Part shown: positions 46,224 to 56,715 of the stretch, one piece after another
Numbering within the stretch: position 1 is the first letter of the stretch
How the letters are laid out: each line of letters opens with the position of its first letter
NCBI GenBank assembly: GCA_963796965.1
Contig: CAWCNS010000016.1
Span: forward strand, 1-64,000
Direction of reading: 5' to 3'
From: Calditrichia bacterium
Lineage (GTDB): Bacteria > Calditrichota > Calditrichia > JAJRVZ01
DNA: 64,000 nucleotides
Translations under genes and position numbers: made by a program
Notes under the pieces: generated by a model
The model's input: only the letters and a program-made list of their open reading frames with translations
Told to the model about the DNA's origin: nothing
Database searches by the model: none

Positions 46224-47624
46224 GTGTTGATGTCAACGTTATTAATAAAGAATGGTAGAGTCATAACAGATAATCAGGACTATTTTTCTGATATTTTTGT
46301 CGAAAGAGGAATTATAACTACCATTTTTGATAAAATTGATACCCCGGCAGACCGGATTATTGATGCAAAAGGCAAGTATGTTATTCCGGGTGGTATTGAT
46401 GCCCATACACATTTGGATATGCCTTTAGGGGATATTTTCTCATCTGACAATTTTGAAACTGGAACCATTGCAGCTGCTATCGGTGGTACAACAACGATAC
46501 TTGATTTTCCAACTCAACGGCATAATCAACCTCTTTTAGAGGCCCTTGATATCTGGCGGCATAAAGCAGAAGGAAAGGCCTGTATTGATTATGGTTTTCA
46601 CATGATTATTACGGATATATCACATGCTGAGATAAATGATCTACGTTCATTGGTCGGAGAGGGTATTACATCTTTTAAACTATTTATGGCTTATCCCAAT
46701 ACCCTTATGCTTGATGATGATGCTATTTTTAAGGTGATGTGTGATGCACAAAAAATAGATGCTTTTGTCTCGGTACATGCAGAAAATGGACAAGTCATTG
46801 ATGCTTTGGTTAGATCAAATCTCTTGGAGGGTAAAAAGGCGCCAATTTATCATGCGCTTTCGAGACCGGCAGTTTTAGAAGGTGAAGCGGTGAACCGGGC
46901 AATATCTTTAGCTCAACTGTCCGGTGTTGTATTATATATTGTTCACCTTTCTACCAAAGAGGGTTTACACCATGTAATGGAAGCACGCAAAGAGGGTCTC
47001 CCGGTTTTTTCTGAAACATGTCCGCAATATCTGCTCACCTCTATCGATGATATGATCGCGGCGGGTGAATACGATAGTGCGAAGTATGTATTTACGCCGC
47101 CGCCAAGGGCGAAGGAAAATCAGAAAGAATTATGGAAAGCCATTTCCGATCGAAATATCCAGGTTGTAGCAACAGATCACTGCCCTTTTAATTTTGAGGA
47201 ACAAAAGAATCCTCCCGGTTCGGATTTTAGTAAAATACCCAATGGGGCTCCCGGTATTGAAAACCGAATACAACTTCTGTTTGAAAAGGGGGTCAATGAG
47301 AATAGAATTGGATTAAATCGTTGGGTTGAAATCTGTTCTACGGCTCCGGCAAAAATTTTTGGTATCTATCCTCAAAAAGGTACGATAGCGATCGGGAGTG
47401 ATGCTGATTTGGTCGTCTGGGATCCACAAAAGGAATTGATAATTTCTGCGAAAACGCATCATATGCAGGTGGACTATAATTTATATGAAGGAATGAAGAT
47501 AAAAGGTAATGCAGAGACGGTTATTTCCCGAGGGGAGATCATTGTTGAAAATGACAGTTTTGTTGGCAAAAGAGGCCGTGGAAGATATCTGAAACGCGGC
47601 ACGTTCTCTGGCGAATTGGTTTGA
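46224..47624 (+). CDS. hydA: Dihydropyrimidinase (D-hydantoinase)
   Basis: PGGIDAHTH, TSFKLFMAY, VHAENG, ETCPQYL, TDHCPF, IPNGAPGIE. Confidence 0.93.
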   Translation: MLMSTLLIKNGRVITDNQDYFSDIFVERGIITTIFDKIDTPADRIIDAKGKYVIPGGIDAHTHLDMPLGDIFSSDNFETGTIAAAIGGTTTILDFPTQRHNQPLLEALDIWRHKAEGKACIDYGFHMIITDISHAEINDLRSLVGEGITSFKLFMAYPNTLMLDDDAIFKVMCDAQKIDAFVSVHAENGQVIDALVRSNLLEGKKAPIYHALSRPAVLEGEAVNRAISLAQLSGVVLYIVHLSTKEGLHHVMEARKEGLPVFSETCPQYLLTSIDDMIAAGEYDSAKYVFTPPPRAKENQKELWKAISDRNIQVVATDHCPFNFEEQKNPPGSDFSKIPNGAPGIENRIQLLFEKGVNENRIGLNRWVEICSTAPAKIFGIYPQKGTIAIGSDADLVVWDPQKELIISAKTHHMQVDYNLYEGMKIKGNAETVISRGEIIVENDSFVGKRGRGRYLKRGTFSGELV

Positions 47625-47882
47625 TAAATGTGAGACGTGAAACGTCAAATGTGAAATGCAAAAAAGAGATACGGGGTTTCGACCCATTTAAATATTCAAT
47701 ATTCAACACGGAATATTCAATGTTCTAGTATATCAACTGTCAATTGTGAACGATGAATGGTAAATTATGAATGATTCGTAGGGGCTTGTCCGTGACAAGC
47801 CCGGGAAGAAATGATCCCAGAAAATTTTCAATATAAAGAATTCGTGAAATTCGAATTAATTAGTGTAATTCGTGGATAAAAA

Positions 47883-48848
47883 TCAGTAAAAATTCCGGAT
47901 CCAGCGATAATCCTCCAGCTTCTTTATTAAGGAATCTGATAAAGGACCCTTTTTTATAAAATCCGTATTTGATTGGAGATGGTTACTTTTACGCATACCC
48001 GGTATTACAGTCGTAACAGCTGGAAAACTGATTGTAAACCTTAATGCTGCTTCAACAATCGAGTTTGTTTCCTCTTGTACATCCGCCTGGATTTTCTGGA
48101 CCCGATCCCAGACCTGCTGCTTGCGATCTCCGCGGAAATAGTTGTTACGCCAGTCACCGCGGGGAAATTCTGTATCAGGTTTAATATTTCCAGTTAGAGA
48201 TCCCTCATCCAATGGTACCCGGGCAATAACAGCGATCTTCTGCTCTTCGCAAAAGGGAAATAAATGGTCGATTGGAGATTGATCGAAAAGATTAAATATG
48301 ACCTGATAAGAATCAATGTAGCCTGTTTTGCCTGTTTCGATACCATTTTCAGGTTGATGATCATTTATTGAAATGCCAAAATAGCGCACTTTCCCTTGTT
48401 GTTTTAATTGATCGATGGCTTCTTTCCATTCATCATTATCGGCCCATTTATCATTCCAGACATGGAACTGTTGGAGATCGATATACTCACGGTTCAGGTT
48501 TTTTAGACTTTTCTCCGTCATTTTGATGATGTGATCTTTGGGATAAGAAGCCTCGAGAGTCGATTCATCACGAGCAGGCCATTCGAATTTCTTTGAAGGC
48601 ATTTTAGAGGTAATAAAGAGTTTCTTTCCACTTTCTTTTTCTACCTGTCCTAAGAGTCTTTCACTATGACCGTTTCCATAGACCAGGGCAGAATCAAAAA
48701 AATTAAGTCCATTATCTATAGCCAGATGAAGTGATTTCTTTGATTCCTTGTCTTCCGCACCGATCCACATGGTTTGTCCGATACCCCAGGCACCGTATCC
48801 TAAAAGTGAAATTTCTTCGTCCGAACGAGCAAATTTATTATACAACAT
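47883..48848 (-). CDS. Aldo/keto reductase
   Basis: LGYGAWGIG, FFDSALVYGNGHSE, IDLQQFH, VIPGMR. Confidence 0.95.
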   Translation of the reverse strand: MLYNKFARSDEEISLLGYGAWGIGQTMWIGAEDKESKKSLHLAIDNGLNFFDSALVYGNGHSERLLGQVEKESGKKLFITSKMPSKKFEWPARDESTLEASYPKDHIIKMTEKSLKNLNREYIDLQQFHVWNDKWADNDEWKEAIDQLKQQGKVRYFGISINDHQPENGIETGKTGYIDSYQVIFNLFDQSPIDHLFPFCEEQKIAVIARVPLDEGSLTGNIKPDTEFPRGDWRNNYFRGDRKQQVWDRVQKIQADVQEETNSIVEAALRFTISFPAVTTVIPGMRKSNHLQSNTDFIKKGPLSDSLIKKLEDYRWIRNFY

Positions 48849-49138
48849 TCTACTACCTCATTATTATGGTTATAGTTACGTGTTAGAGACCGGGGGATAT
48901 AAATTAAAATACTATTTATATCTGCAAAATCATTTAATTAAAAATTACTAAATTTATTGCAGAGGTGAAAGATAATCTTGCCTGTTCGATTTCAAGAAAG
49001 CCAAATCGAGAGAACTAAAGAGATACTACATTTCGTCTGGCTATTTTTCAGTTCACCTTCAAAATACTACTGTTTAGAAAAAAAGTATTCACTATAAAGT
49101 TGATCTTTATTAAATTCCATATCTCAGGTTACCCATAG

Positions 49139-50551
49139 ATGGAGATAATAATGTTGAAAAATATAAAATTAACCTGTTTGATGCTCATTATTCTTTTTCA
49201 ATCAGATCTGTCCGCTCAACCTAAGTATGAACAGATTGTAATTCCTATGGAAGAAGCAATCTCTCGTGCGCTTAATAAAAATAATCGAGTGAAGGCCAGT
49301 GAATATGCTGTACAAAGGGCCTCCTGGGATCATTATCATTCCTGGACGCGATTGCTTCCTGTTCTTAGTTTTAGCACAAATTATACATCGATTGATGATA
49401 GCACCTATGCCTTGCGGGATTTTACACGCTATTTACCCTTTCCCGTGCCAAAAACGGTCTTCCAAAATTCTTTCTATTCCTATTTCAATGTTTCTATGCC
49501 AATTTTTAATGCATCAATATTAAATGGTATTGCAATGGCTGAAAGAAGTGAGAAGATGGCCGAGGAGTTAAGTGAGTCTGCCAGACGCACGATTATATTT
49601 CAGGTTATTCAGAGTTATCTGAATGTACTTAAAAATAAGGAAATACTCGATATCCAGAATGATTATCTGGATTTGTCCAAATTGAATTATGAAAAGGCGG
49701 AGAGATTATATGATGCTGGCCGCTACTCTAAAACAGATGCCATGCGTTGGCAGGTAGATTATCAACAGCAATTGAGTATTGTGACAACCAACCAATCTAA
49801 TTTACGTCGAAGTCGTATTATATTATCAAGACTCTTAAATGCTGCTCTTGGGGAATTTTTTGAAGTAGAAAAACGGATACCGAAACCACTTATTAAAGAA
49901 AGTGATGAGCTGCTTAAACTAACCGATCTCGATCTCCTCGATATGATACAGCTAAATGATGAAGATTTGATCCTGGCTAATTCGGCGTTAGCAGCTGGAA
50001 AAATGAGTGAAGAGATATCAGAATCAGCCTACCGGAATACATATAATGCCTATCTGCCAGTTGTGAATCTTACATATATCCATGCCTGGCGTGAAAATTC
50101 CACGATCGCTTTGGATGATTATTCACCAAAAACATTGCTTGTCAATCTTAGCGTCCCAATTTTTACTTCATTTCAGAATTTTACCCGGCTTAAATCTTCC
50201 TATTATGATTACCGTCGAAGTCAGGAAGAATTTAATGATCAATTGCTGAACATCAGATTTGTACTCACTGAGACAATCAATAAATTAATTAATCTTAAAA
50301 CGCAAAAAGAACTTTCTAAAATTAGTGTTGAATTTAATGAAAGAAATTATAATATCGTTGAACAACAGAGAGAAAAGGGACTTGTCTCAAATATTGAGTT
50401 GGTAGATGCAAAATTGAATCTTCAGGATGCCAATCTTTCTGATATTAGTAATTATTATGATTTTATATCAGGAATGGTTGAGTTGTATTATCTTTTAGGC
50501 AAACTTGATAAAATTGTTATGGAAGATATACTTAAGGTCAATGAGAATTAA
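49139..50551 (+). CDS. TolC-family outer-membrane efflux protein
   Basis: Signal peptide, two OEP-like halves, first gene of an RND cluster. Confidence 0.9.
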   Translation: MEIIMLKNIKLTCLMLIILFQSDLSAQPKYEQIVIPMEEAISRALNKNNRVKASEYAVQRASWDHYHSWTRLLPVLSFSTNYTSIDDSTYALRDFTRYLPFPVPKTVFQNSFYSYFNVSMPIFNASILNGIAMAERSEKMAEELSESARRTIIFQVIQSYLNVLKNKEILDIQNDYLDLSKLNYEKAERLYDAGRYSKTDAMRWQVDYQQQLSIVTTNQSNLRRSRIILSRLLNAALGEFFEVEKRIPKPLIKESDELLKLTDLDLLDMIQLNDEDLILANSALAAGKMSEEISESAYRNTYNAYLPVVNLTYIHAWRENSTIALDDYSPKTLLVNLSVPIFTSFQNFTRLKSSYYDYRRSQEEFNDQLLNIRFVLTETINKLINLKTQKELSKISVEFNERNYNIVEQQREKGLVSNIELVDAKLNLQDANLSDISNYYDFISGMVELYYLLGKLDKIVMEDILKVNEN

Positions 50552-50613
50552 TTACGTTACAAAGTATCAGGATAAATTCTGGTATCCCGGATCCTAAATG
50601 GAGATTGATCAAC

Positions 50614-51729
50614 ATGAAATCAAATTCGAATCTTTTGCAGATTATCATTTTTACACTTCTGGTTTGGTTTACGGGATGTGAAAATAGCGATAATAAAAAT
50701 GCACCGGTAGCAGATCCCAAAATGATGGATGAGGTCTCTCAAAAAATTCCGGTTGAGATCTATATCGTCAAAAATAGAGAAGTTCAACGCGATTTTTCAT
50801 CTAGCGGCATACTTCAACCCAAACACAGCGTTGATATTGTGGCGGAGGTCGCTGGAAAAATTGAAAAAATCGAAAAATCAGTGGGAGACCATGTAACGCG
50901 GAATGATGTTTTAGCGCAAATAGACGATGCTATACCACTAAGCAATTATAAGCAAGCCAAGTCACAGGTTTTGTCGGCCGAAAATAATCTAAAAATAACC
51001 CGTCTTAACCTTCAAAGTGATGAAGAACTATTTAAGAGTGGTGATATCTCCAAGCTGGAATATGAAAATTCTGTATTAACAGTAAAAACAGCAGAAGCTA
51101 ATCATCTATCTGCCTTAGCCACCCTGAGTTTATTAGAGAAGGCTTATAATGATACACGTATTAAATCACCGATCAATGGGCAAATTTCAAGGAAATACAT
51201 TGATATCGGAAAAATGGTTAATCCCAATACCCCGCTTTACCGGGTGGTAGATCTTTCGCTGCTTAAACTGGAAATAGGCATGCCACAGGAATATATCAGC
51301 AATGTGCATAAAGGAACGCGGGTCCGTGTTGCTGTATCCGCATTGGGCGATGAGATTTTTGAAGGTCAGGTGAGGTATGTTTCACCGCAAGCCGAAGAGA
51401 GAACCGGATCTTTTGCAGTTGAAATTCATGTTAAAAACACTTCTAGAGAACGTTTAATGGCCGGTATGACAGCAAGGGCAGAGATCATTTTTGAGAATAG
51501 TTCAAATAAATTATTAGTACCGGATCATTCTCTTATAAAAAATAATGACAGCAGTTTTGTTTTTTTAATTGAAGGGAATCATGCCTCGCAAGTACCCGTT
51601 ATAGTCGGAGAGACTTATGGAAATTTTGTTACAGTAAATAACGGTTTAGCAGAGGGTGATTCCATTGTAACGGTGGGAATAAAAAGCCTTAATGACGGAT
51701 CCTCTGTTTGGGTAGAATCTGTTCAATAA
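50614..51729 (+). CDS. RND efflux periplasmic adaptor (MFP), lipoprotein
   Basis: FTGC lipobox, AEVAGKI..VGDHV, IKSPING, LMAGMTA, GLAEGDSIV. Confidence 0.93.
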   Translation: MKSNSNLLQIIIFTLLVWFTGCENSDNKNAPVADPKMMDEVSQKIPVEIYIVKNREVQRDFSSSGILQPKHSVDIVAEVAGKIEKIEKSVGDHVTRNDVLAQIDDAIPLSNYKQAKSQVLSAENNLKITRLNLQSDEELFKSGDISKLEYENSVLTVKTAEANHLSALATLSLLEKAYNDTRIKSPINGQISRKYIDIGKMVNPNTPLYRVVDLSLLKLEIGMPQEYISNVHKGTRVRVAVSALGDEIFEGQVRYVSPQAEERTGSFAVEIHVKNTSRERLMAGMTARAEIIFENSSNKLLVPDHSLIKNNDSSFVFLIEGNHASQVPVIVGETYGNFVTVNNGLAEGDSIVTVGIKSLNDGSSVWVESVQ

Positions 51730-51744
51730 AAAAGAAGAAAGACT

Positions 51745-53253
51745 ATGAAGCTTATTCAATTAATATTAATACTCTCACTTTGTTTTCCTCTTTTTGCTGA
51801 TGAGGAGGAAGATAGGGTGAGAGATCTGGCCTTAAAGGGGATTGATCTCGCTACAAATCTCCATTATCAGGAAGCAGATGACATTTTTAAGGAAATTGTA
51901 CGTTTGCAACCGAAAAATCCGAGGGGATATTTCTTAAGATCGGCCACCTATTTTTGGATGTTTTCTGAAGATGTGAAAAATGAAGAAATAGGCGATAAAT
52001 TCCGTGACCTTTCCTACGAAGCGGCGGAAGTAGCCGAAGCACGGTTAGAAGAAAATGATGAAGATATTGATGCTATGTTTTTTCTGGGCGGTGCTTATGG
52101 AAGTCTTGGTAGATATTATGCCATGTCAAAAAGTTTTTTAAATGCCTATTGGTATGGCAAAAAAGGTGTGGGATATCTGGAAGATGTGATTGAGGCAGAT
52201 TCCACTTATTACGATGCCTATTTGGGACTGGGTATTTATCATTATCTTGCCGATGTATTACCACGTTTTGTAAAAATTCTTTCCTTTGTACTGGGTGTCG
52301 ATGGTGATAAAGAATTGGGTATTGTGGAATTGGATCTCGCTGCCAGGCAGGGATTTTACACCAAGACTGAAGCTATGTTTTTTTTAGGCGCCATTTACAC
52401 ATACCGGGAAAACGAATTTGAAAAAGCAATTGTTATATTTAATGATTTGCTAAAAAGATATCCCAATAATCCTGGCGCTCTGCTCAGTCTTGGACGCTGT
52501 TACTCTAATATGGGTGATTGTGATAGAGCAATTGAAGCATTTGAAAAAGTTTTAATAAACAAAGAGGGACAAAGCAGATTACCCCGGGGAAGCATATTCT
52601 ATCAGCTTGGCGATGTTTACTATAAGAAAAATGATTTTAATAATGCCGCAGAAAATTTTCTGCTGGCTATTGAGAGTGATACGGCTGAGGTTGGCAAGCG
52701 ACGTTGGATATATCCAAGATCTCAATATAAATTGGCCATTTGTTATACGATTCTGGGAGATACAACAAGAGCGAGGGAGTATCTGAAACAAATTAGCGAG
52801 GATGACAATGAGCGTACCTTTGAGCGTGCGCAGGAACGTCTGGTAAAATCATGGAGTGAATTTGAGATTGCATTGATTAAAGCAGAAAACCTGAGAGAAT
52901 GTAACCAGTATGATGCATCTCTTTATAGTCTTAACGAAATTGAACGTAGTTATAGCAACACAAATGATCCGGATGTGAAAATGAATCTGGTTGAAGTTGC
53001 CTATCGCAAGGCCGAGATTTATTATGAAAAACAGCAATATGATAAAGCAATTCCTCAGTTCCAGAATATTATAGCATTAGAAAACGATAAAAAAGAATGG
53101 ATGGACCACTGGTCTTATTTTTATCTGGGAAATTCCTATAAATCTCTTGGTAAATACGCCGAGGCAGAAGAAGCTTATGATGAAGCCGAAGATACGGATA
53201 ACGACCGGCTCCTCGAAAAAATTGAAAAAGAGAGAAACGGCTTACCGGAATAA
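51745..53253 (+). CDS. Exported TPR-repeat protein
   Basis: Signal peptide; multiple TPR motifs (DAYLGLGIY, YQLGDVYY, FYLGNSY). Confidence 0.85.
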   Translation: MKLIQLILILSLCFPLFADEEEDRVRDLALKGIDLATNLHYQEADDIFKEIVRLQPKNPRGYFLRSATYFWMFSEDVKNEEIGDKFRDLSYEAAEVAEARLEENDEDIDAMFFLGGAYGSLGRYYAMSKSFLNAYWYGKKGVGYLEDVIEADSTYYDAYLGLGIYHYLADVLPRFVKILSFVLGVDGDKELGIVELDLAARQGFYTKTEAMFFLGAIYTYRENEFEKAIVIFNDLLKRYPNNPGALLSLGRCYSNMGDCDRAIEAFEKVLINKEGQSRLPRGSIFYQLGDVYYKKNDFNNAAENFLLAIESDTAEVGKRRWIYPRSQYKLAICYTILGDTTRAREYLKQISEDDNERTFERAQERLVKSWSEFEIALIKAENLRECNQYDASLYSLNEIERSYSNTNDPDVKMNLVEVAYRKAEIYYEKQQYDKAIPQFQNIIALENDKKEWMDHWSYFYLGNSYKSLGKYAEAEEAYDEAEDTDNDRLLEKIEKERNGLPE

Positions 53254-53350
53254 TGCGGTAAAGCGTAGAGAGTAGAGTGTGGAGCGTGGAGCGAGGAGAG
53301 AAAAGCGTAGGGCTTGTCCCCCTACAAGCCCAATGAGCAGAGATGGGGCA

Positions 53351-53492
53351 GGAGTCCTTTGGACAATATGCGAAGAGCGAAATGTGAAATGTCAAAAGTG
53401 AAACACAGAAAAAAGATATGACGTTTCTGTAGGTAATACGATAAATGTAGGGGCAGATCGCGTCGAAGATCCCCTTCTACGGGGTGTCTGCC
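53351..53492 (+). repeat. Composite intergenic module with GTAG-REP
   Basis: ggagtcctttggacaata, tgtgaaatgtcaaa, gtaggggcagatcgcgtcgaagatccccttctacggggtgtctgcc. Confidence 0.85.
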
Positions 53493-53592
53493 TCATATAG
53501 ATATTATCGTAATTCAATATCCAATACCCAATTTCTATGCACCGAAAATTATCACATATCAACACATCCATAAATATTTAGCAGGATAAAAA

Positions 53593-56500
53593 ATGTCTAT
53601 ATCTGAGTTTTCTGTAAAGAATCCGGTACTCGTAAATCTTTTAATGATCGGACTGTTTGTTGCAGGAACCGCCTCCTTATTAAGAATGCCAACTGAAATT
53701 AATCCACAGGTTGATTTTAACTGGGTCTTTATCACGGTTATTTATCCAGGTGCGGCTCCTTCGGAAACTGAAAGTTTGATTGTTGATCCGCTTGAAGCAG
53801 AAGTAAAAGATATCGATGATGTGTCAGAAATACAATCAAATGCCGGTGAGGGATTTGGATTTGTAATGGTGAAGTTTGATGACATGTCTGAAAGCGAGTT
53901 CCGCGAACATTACGTTGATCTTAAATCTGAGATTGATAAAGTGAAATTTCCCGATGAGGCTGAGGATCCGATTATTGAGGCCTTTGATAGCGGAGATTTT
54001 CTACCTATCATAACCATCAACATGTCCTATACAACCTCCACCACAGATGCACAAAAAATTGCAGATAAACTGGAGGAAGATTTGCAGGATCTTCCGGGAG
54101 TAGCAAAAGTTCAGGTTTCTGGGTTGGCAGAAAGAGAAATATGGGTAGAAGTTGATCCTGCAAAATTAAATACCCGGAATGTATCTTTTACTGAATTAAT
54201 TTTAGCCCTGCGCACCAGAAACCTCAATGTTCCCGGTGGGAATATAACATTCGGTAGAAAAGAATATCTGATTCGCTCCCTTGGTGAATATCAATCCGTT
54301 GAGGAAATCGAAAATACAATAATTCGTTCTACGGGAAGCGGTGAGTATCTGAAAATTAAGGATGTGGCAGATGTAAATGATCGACGAGAAGAATTAAATA
54401 TTCTTTCACGAATTGATGGGAAACCCTCCATAACATTTTCTATTTCCAAGACAAGTGATGGTAATTCAATTGAGGTTATTGAGGATATTAAAAATATTAT
54501 TGAAACCTATAGAGAGAGAGCTCCAAAAGGTATTTCATTTAGCTTCACCAATGATAATTCAACTTACATCATGCGAACAATTAATGTTTTAAGAAATAAT
54601 GCCATTACAGGTATGATCTTAATTATAATTGTATTATACATCTTTTTGGGAAAAGGGAACGCCTTATTGGCGGCGCTCGGTATCCCTATATCGTTTTTTA
54701 TCACTTTCATATTCATGGATTTGACCGGATACACCTTTAATGGAAATACGCTTTTTGCTCTGGTGATGGTTTTAGGTATCATCGTTGATGATGCGATTAT
54801 TGTCGTTGAAAACTGTCACCGTTATCGAATGCAGGGCTTCAACTCATATCAGGCTGCCATTATGGGATCAAAGGAGGTTATCAGTCCTATCCTCTCTTCG
54901 ATTGGAACGAATATTGCCGCATTTTTACCCCTGATTCTTCTACCAGGAATCATGGGAAAATTTATGAGAATTATACCGATCGTATTTTCTTTAGCCTTGG
55001 TTGCTTCTATGTTCGAGGCGTTTATACTATTACCTTCCCATTATGCGGACTGGACCAGTAAGTCTAAAGTATATAAGAGGGGGGAGAAGGACTTTTTTAA
55101 AGCTTTACGCAGGGCTTACGGTCATTTCCTGATTAAGGTGCTACGTAGACGGTACATGGTGCTTTCAGCAATGGTTGTGATCTTAATTGTTGCCCTTGGT
55201 ATGATACCCCTTATTGGTGTAGAAATGTTTGGCGAAGAAGACTGGGATCAATTCAGGGTGTTAGTAAAATGTCCTGAGGGTACCAGTTTAGAAGAGACTG
55301 ATCGAATTGTCAGCAAATTTGAAAATGCCGCCGGGGTATTACCGCAATCTGAAATTCATGCGCTTGTAGTAAATGTAGGGCTCTTACAAGGAGCAAATGA
55401 ATGGTTAACCAGAAAGAATGTGGCCCAATTATTATTTGAGTTAAAACCGGTTGAAGAGCGAACTTATTCAACAGATGAAATGATTAATTTGATGCGAAAA
55501 GAAAGTGATAGAATTAGCGGACCGGTTTCTGTGGAATTTGAAAAAATTTCTGGTGGACCACCTGTGGGCAAACCGATATCTGTTAAAGTCCAGGGAAAAT
55601 ATCTGGAGGATATAAAAAAGGCCTCTGTCGCTTTACAAGATTCTTTGCGCAAATTATCAGGCACACATAGTATTGGTGACGACTATCCTCCCGGGAAGGA
55701 TGAAATAAGAATTACTGTTGATGATGAGAAAGCGGCACTCTATGGGTTTAATACGCAATATGTGTCGATGAGTGTCAGGTATGCTTTTGATGGAATTGAA
55801 GTGACTGAATACCGCGATGGCGATGAGGAAATTGATGTGGTCGTGAAATATGAGCAAACAGCACGCTCAGGTATTGATGATGTGTTAAATTTGCGTATTA
55901 CCAATGATCAAGGGCAAACTGTCGCCTTGCGGGAAATGGTCCGATTTGACATTAGTACAGGACCCGATGAAATTAAGCGATTTGATCAGAAGCGTACTAT
56001 AATTGTTGGTGGAGAAATCGATGATAATGTGACGACATTAGATCAGGTGAATAACTACCTCCTTGATATATTTCCGGATATGGAAGAAAGATTTCCTGGA
56101 ATATCATTTAAGTTAGGTGGACAGTTTGAAGAGTTTATGAACATTTTCAATGATATTACATCTCTGTTTCTCATCAGTTTAATTCTGATTTTTTTAATCC
56201 TGGGTACCCAATTCAACTCCTATGCCCAACCTCTTGTCATCATGACTACAGTCCCATTTGCTCTGATCGGTGCCATGCTCGGATTGATCATATCTGGGAA
56301 TCCCTTTAGTGCCTTCGCTCTATTTGGATTTGTCGCCCTCGCCGGGATTGTGGTAAACGATGCGATCGTGATGATGCATTTTGTCAATGAAAGACGAAAA
56401 GGTGAACACCTTTCTGTTTTCAGACTCTGGCGAAGTGTAATAAATGGTGGGCGTCTCCGTCTTCGGGCGATAATTCTGACTTCATTGACAACCATCTCCG

Positions 56501-56715
56501 GACTTATTCCCATGGCTTTTGGTATAGGCGGTATGTCTGAGATGTGGTCCCCCTTAGCAAATGTAATTCTTTTCGGATTAATGGTTTCCACCCTGTTAAC
56601 ACTTTTTGTTATCCCGAGCTTTCTTGCAGTTCTTGATGATATAAAAGGAAGCCGCCGAAAGGCTAGAAAATATCAACTAGAAGTAAATGAAAATAACCCG
56701 CCAATCCAAGTATGA
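53593..56715 (+). CDS. AcrB/AcrD/AcrF-family RND permease
   Basis: 1040 aa; GIIVDDAIIVVEN, GIVVNDAIVM, RLRAIILTSLTTISGLIP. Confidence 0.97.
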   Translation: MSISEFSVKNPVLVNLLMIGLFVAGTASLLRMPTEINPQVDFNWVFITVIYPGAAPSETESLIVDPLEAEVKDIDDVSEIQSNAGEGFGFVMVKFDDMSESEFREHYVDLKSEIDKVKFPDEAEDPIIEAFDSGDFLPIITINMSYTTSTTDAQKIADKLEEDLQDLPGVAKVQVSGLAEREIWVEVDPAKLNTRNVSFTELILALRTRNLNVPGGNITFGRKEYLIRSLGEYQSVEEIENTIIRSTGSGEYLKIKDVADVNDRREELNILSRIDGKPSITFSISKTSDGNSIEVIEDIKNIIETYRERAPKGISFSFTNDNSTYIMRTINVLRNNAITGMILIIIVLYIFLGKGNALLAALGIPISFFITFIFMDLTGYTFNGNTLFALVMVLGIIVDDAIIVVENCHRYRMQGFNSYQAAIMGSKEVISPILSSIGTNIAAFLPLILLPGIMGKFMRIIPIVFSLALVASMFEAFILLPSHYADWTSKSKVYKRGEKDFFKALRRAYGHFLIKVLRRRYMVLSAMVVILIVALGMIPLIGVEMFGEEDWDQFRVLVKCPEGTSLEETDRIVSKFENAAGVLPQSEIHALVVNVGLLQGANEWLTRKNVAQLLFELKPVEERTYSTDEMINLMRKESDRISGPVSVEFEKISGGPPVGKPISVKVQGKYLEDIKKASVALQDSLRKLSGTHSIGDDYPPGKDEIRITVDDEKAALYGFNTQYVSMSVRYAFDGIEVTEYRDGDEEIDVVVKYEQTARSGIDDVLNLRITNDQGQTVALREMVRFDISTGPDEIKRFDQKRTIIVGGEIDDNVTTLDQVNNYLLDIFPDMEERFPGISFKLGGQFEEFMNIFNDITSLFLISLILIFLILGTQFNSYAQPLVIMTTVPFALIGAMLGLIISGNPFSAFALFGFVALAGIVVNDAIVMMHFVNERRKGEHLSVFRLWRSVINGGRLRLRAIILTSLTTISGLIPMAFGIGGMSEMWSPLANVILFGLMVSTLLTLFVIPSFLAVLDDIKGSRRKARKYQLEVNENNPPIQV

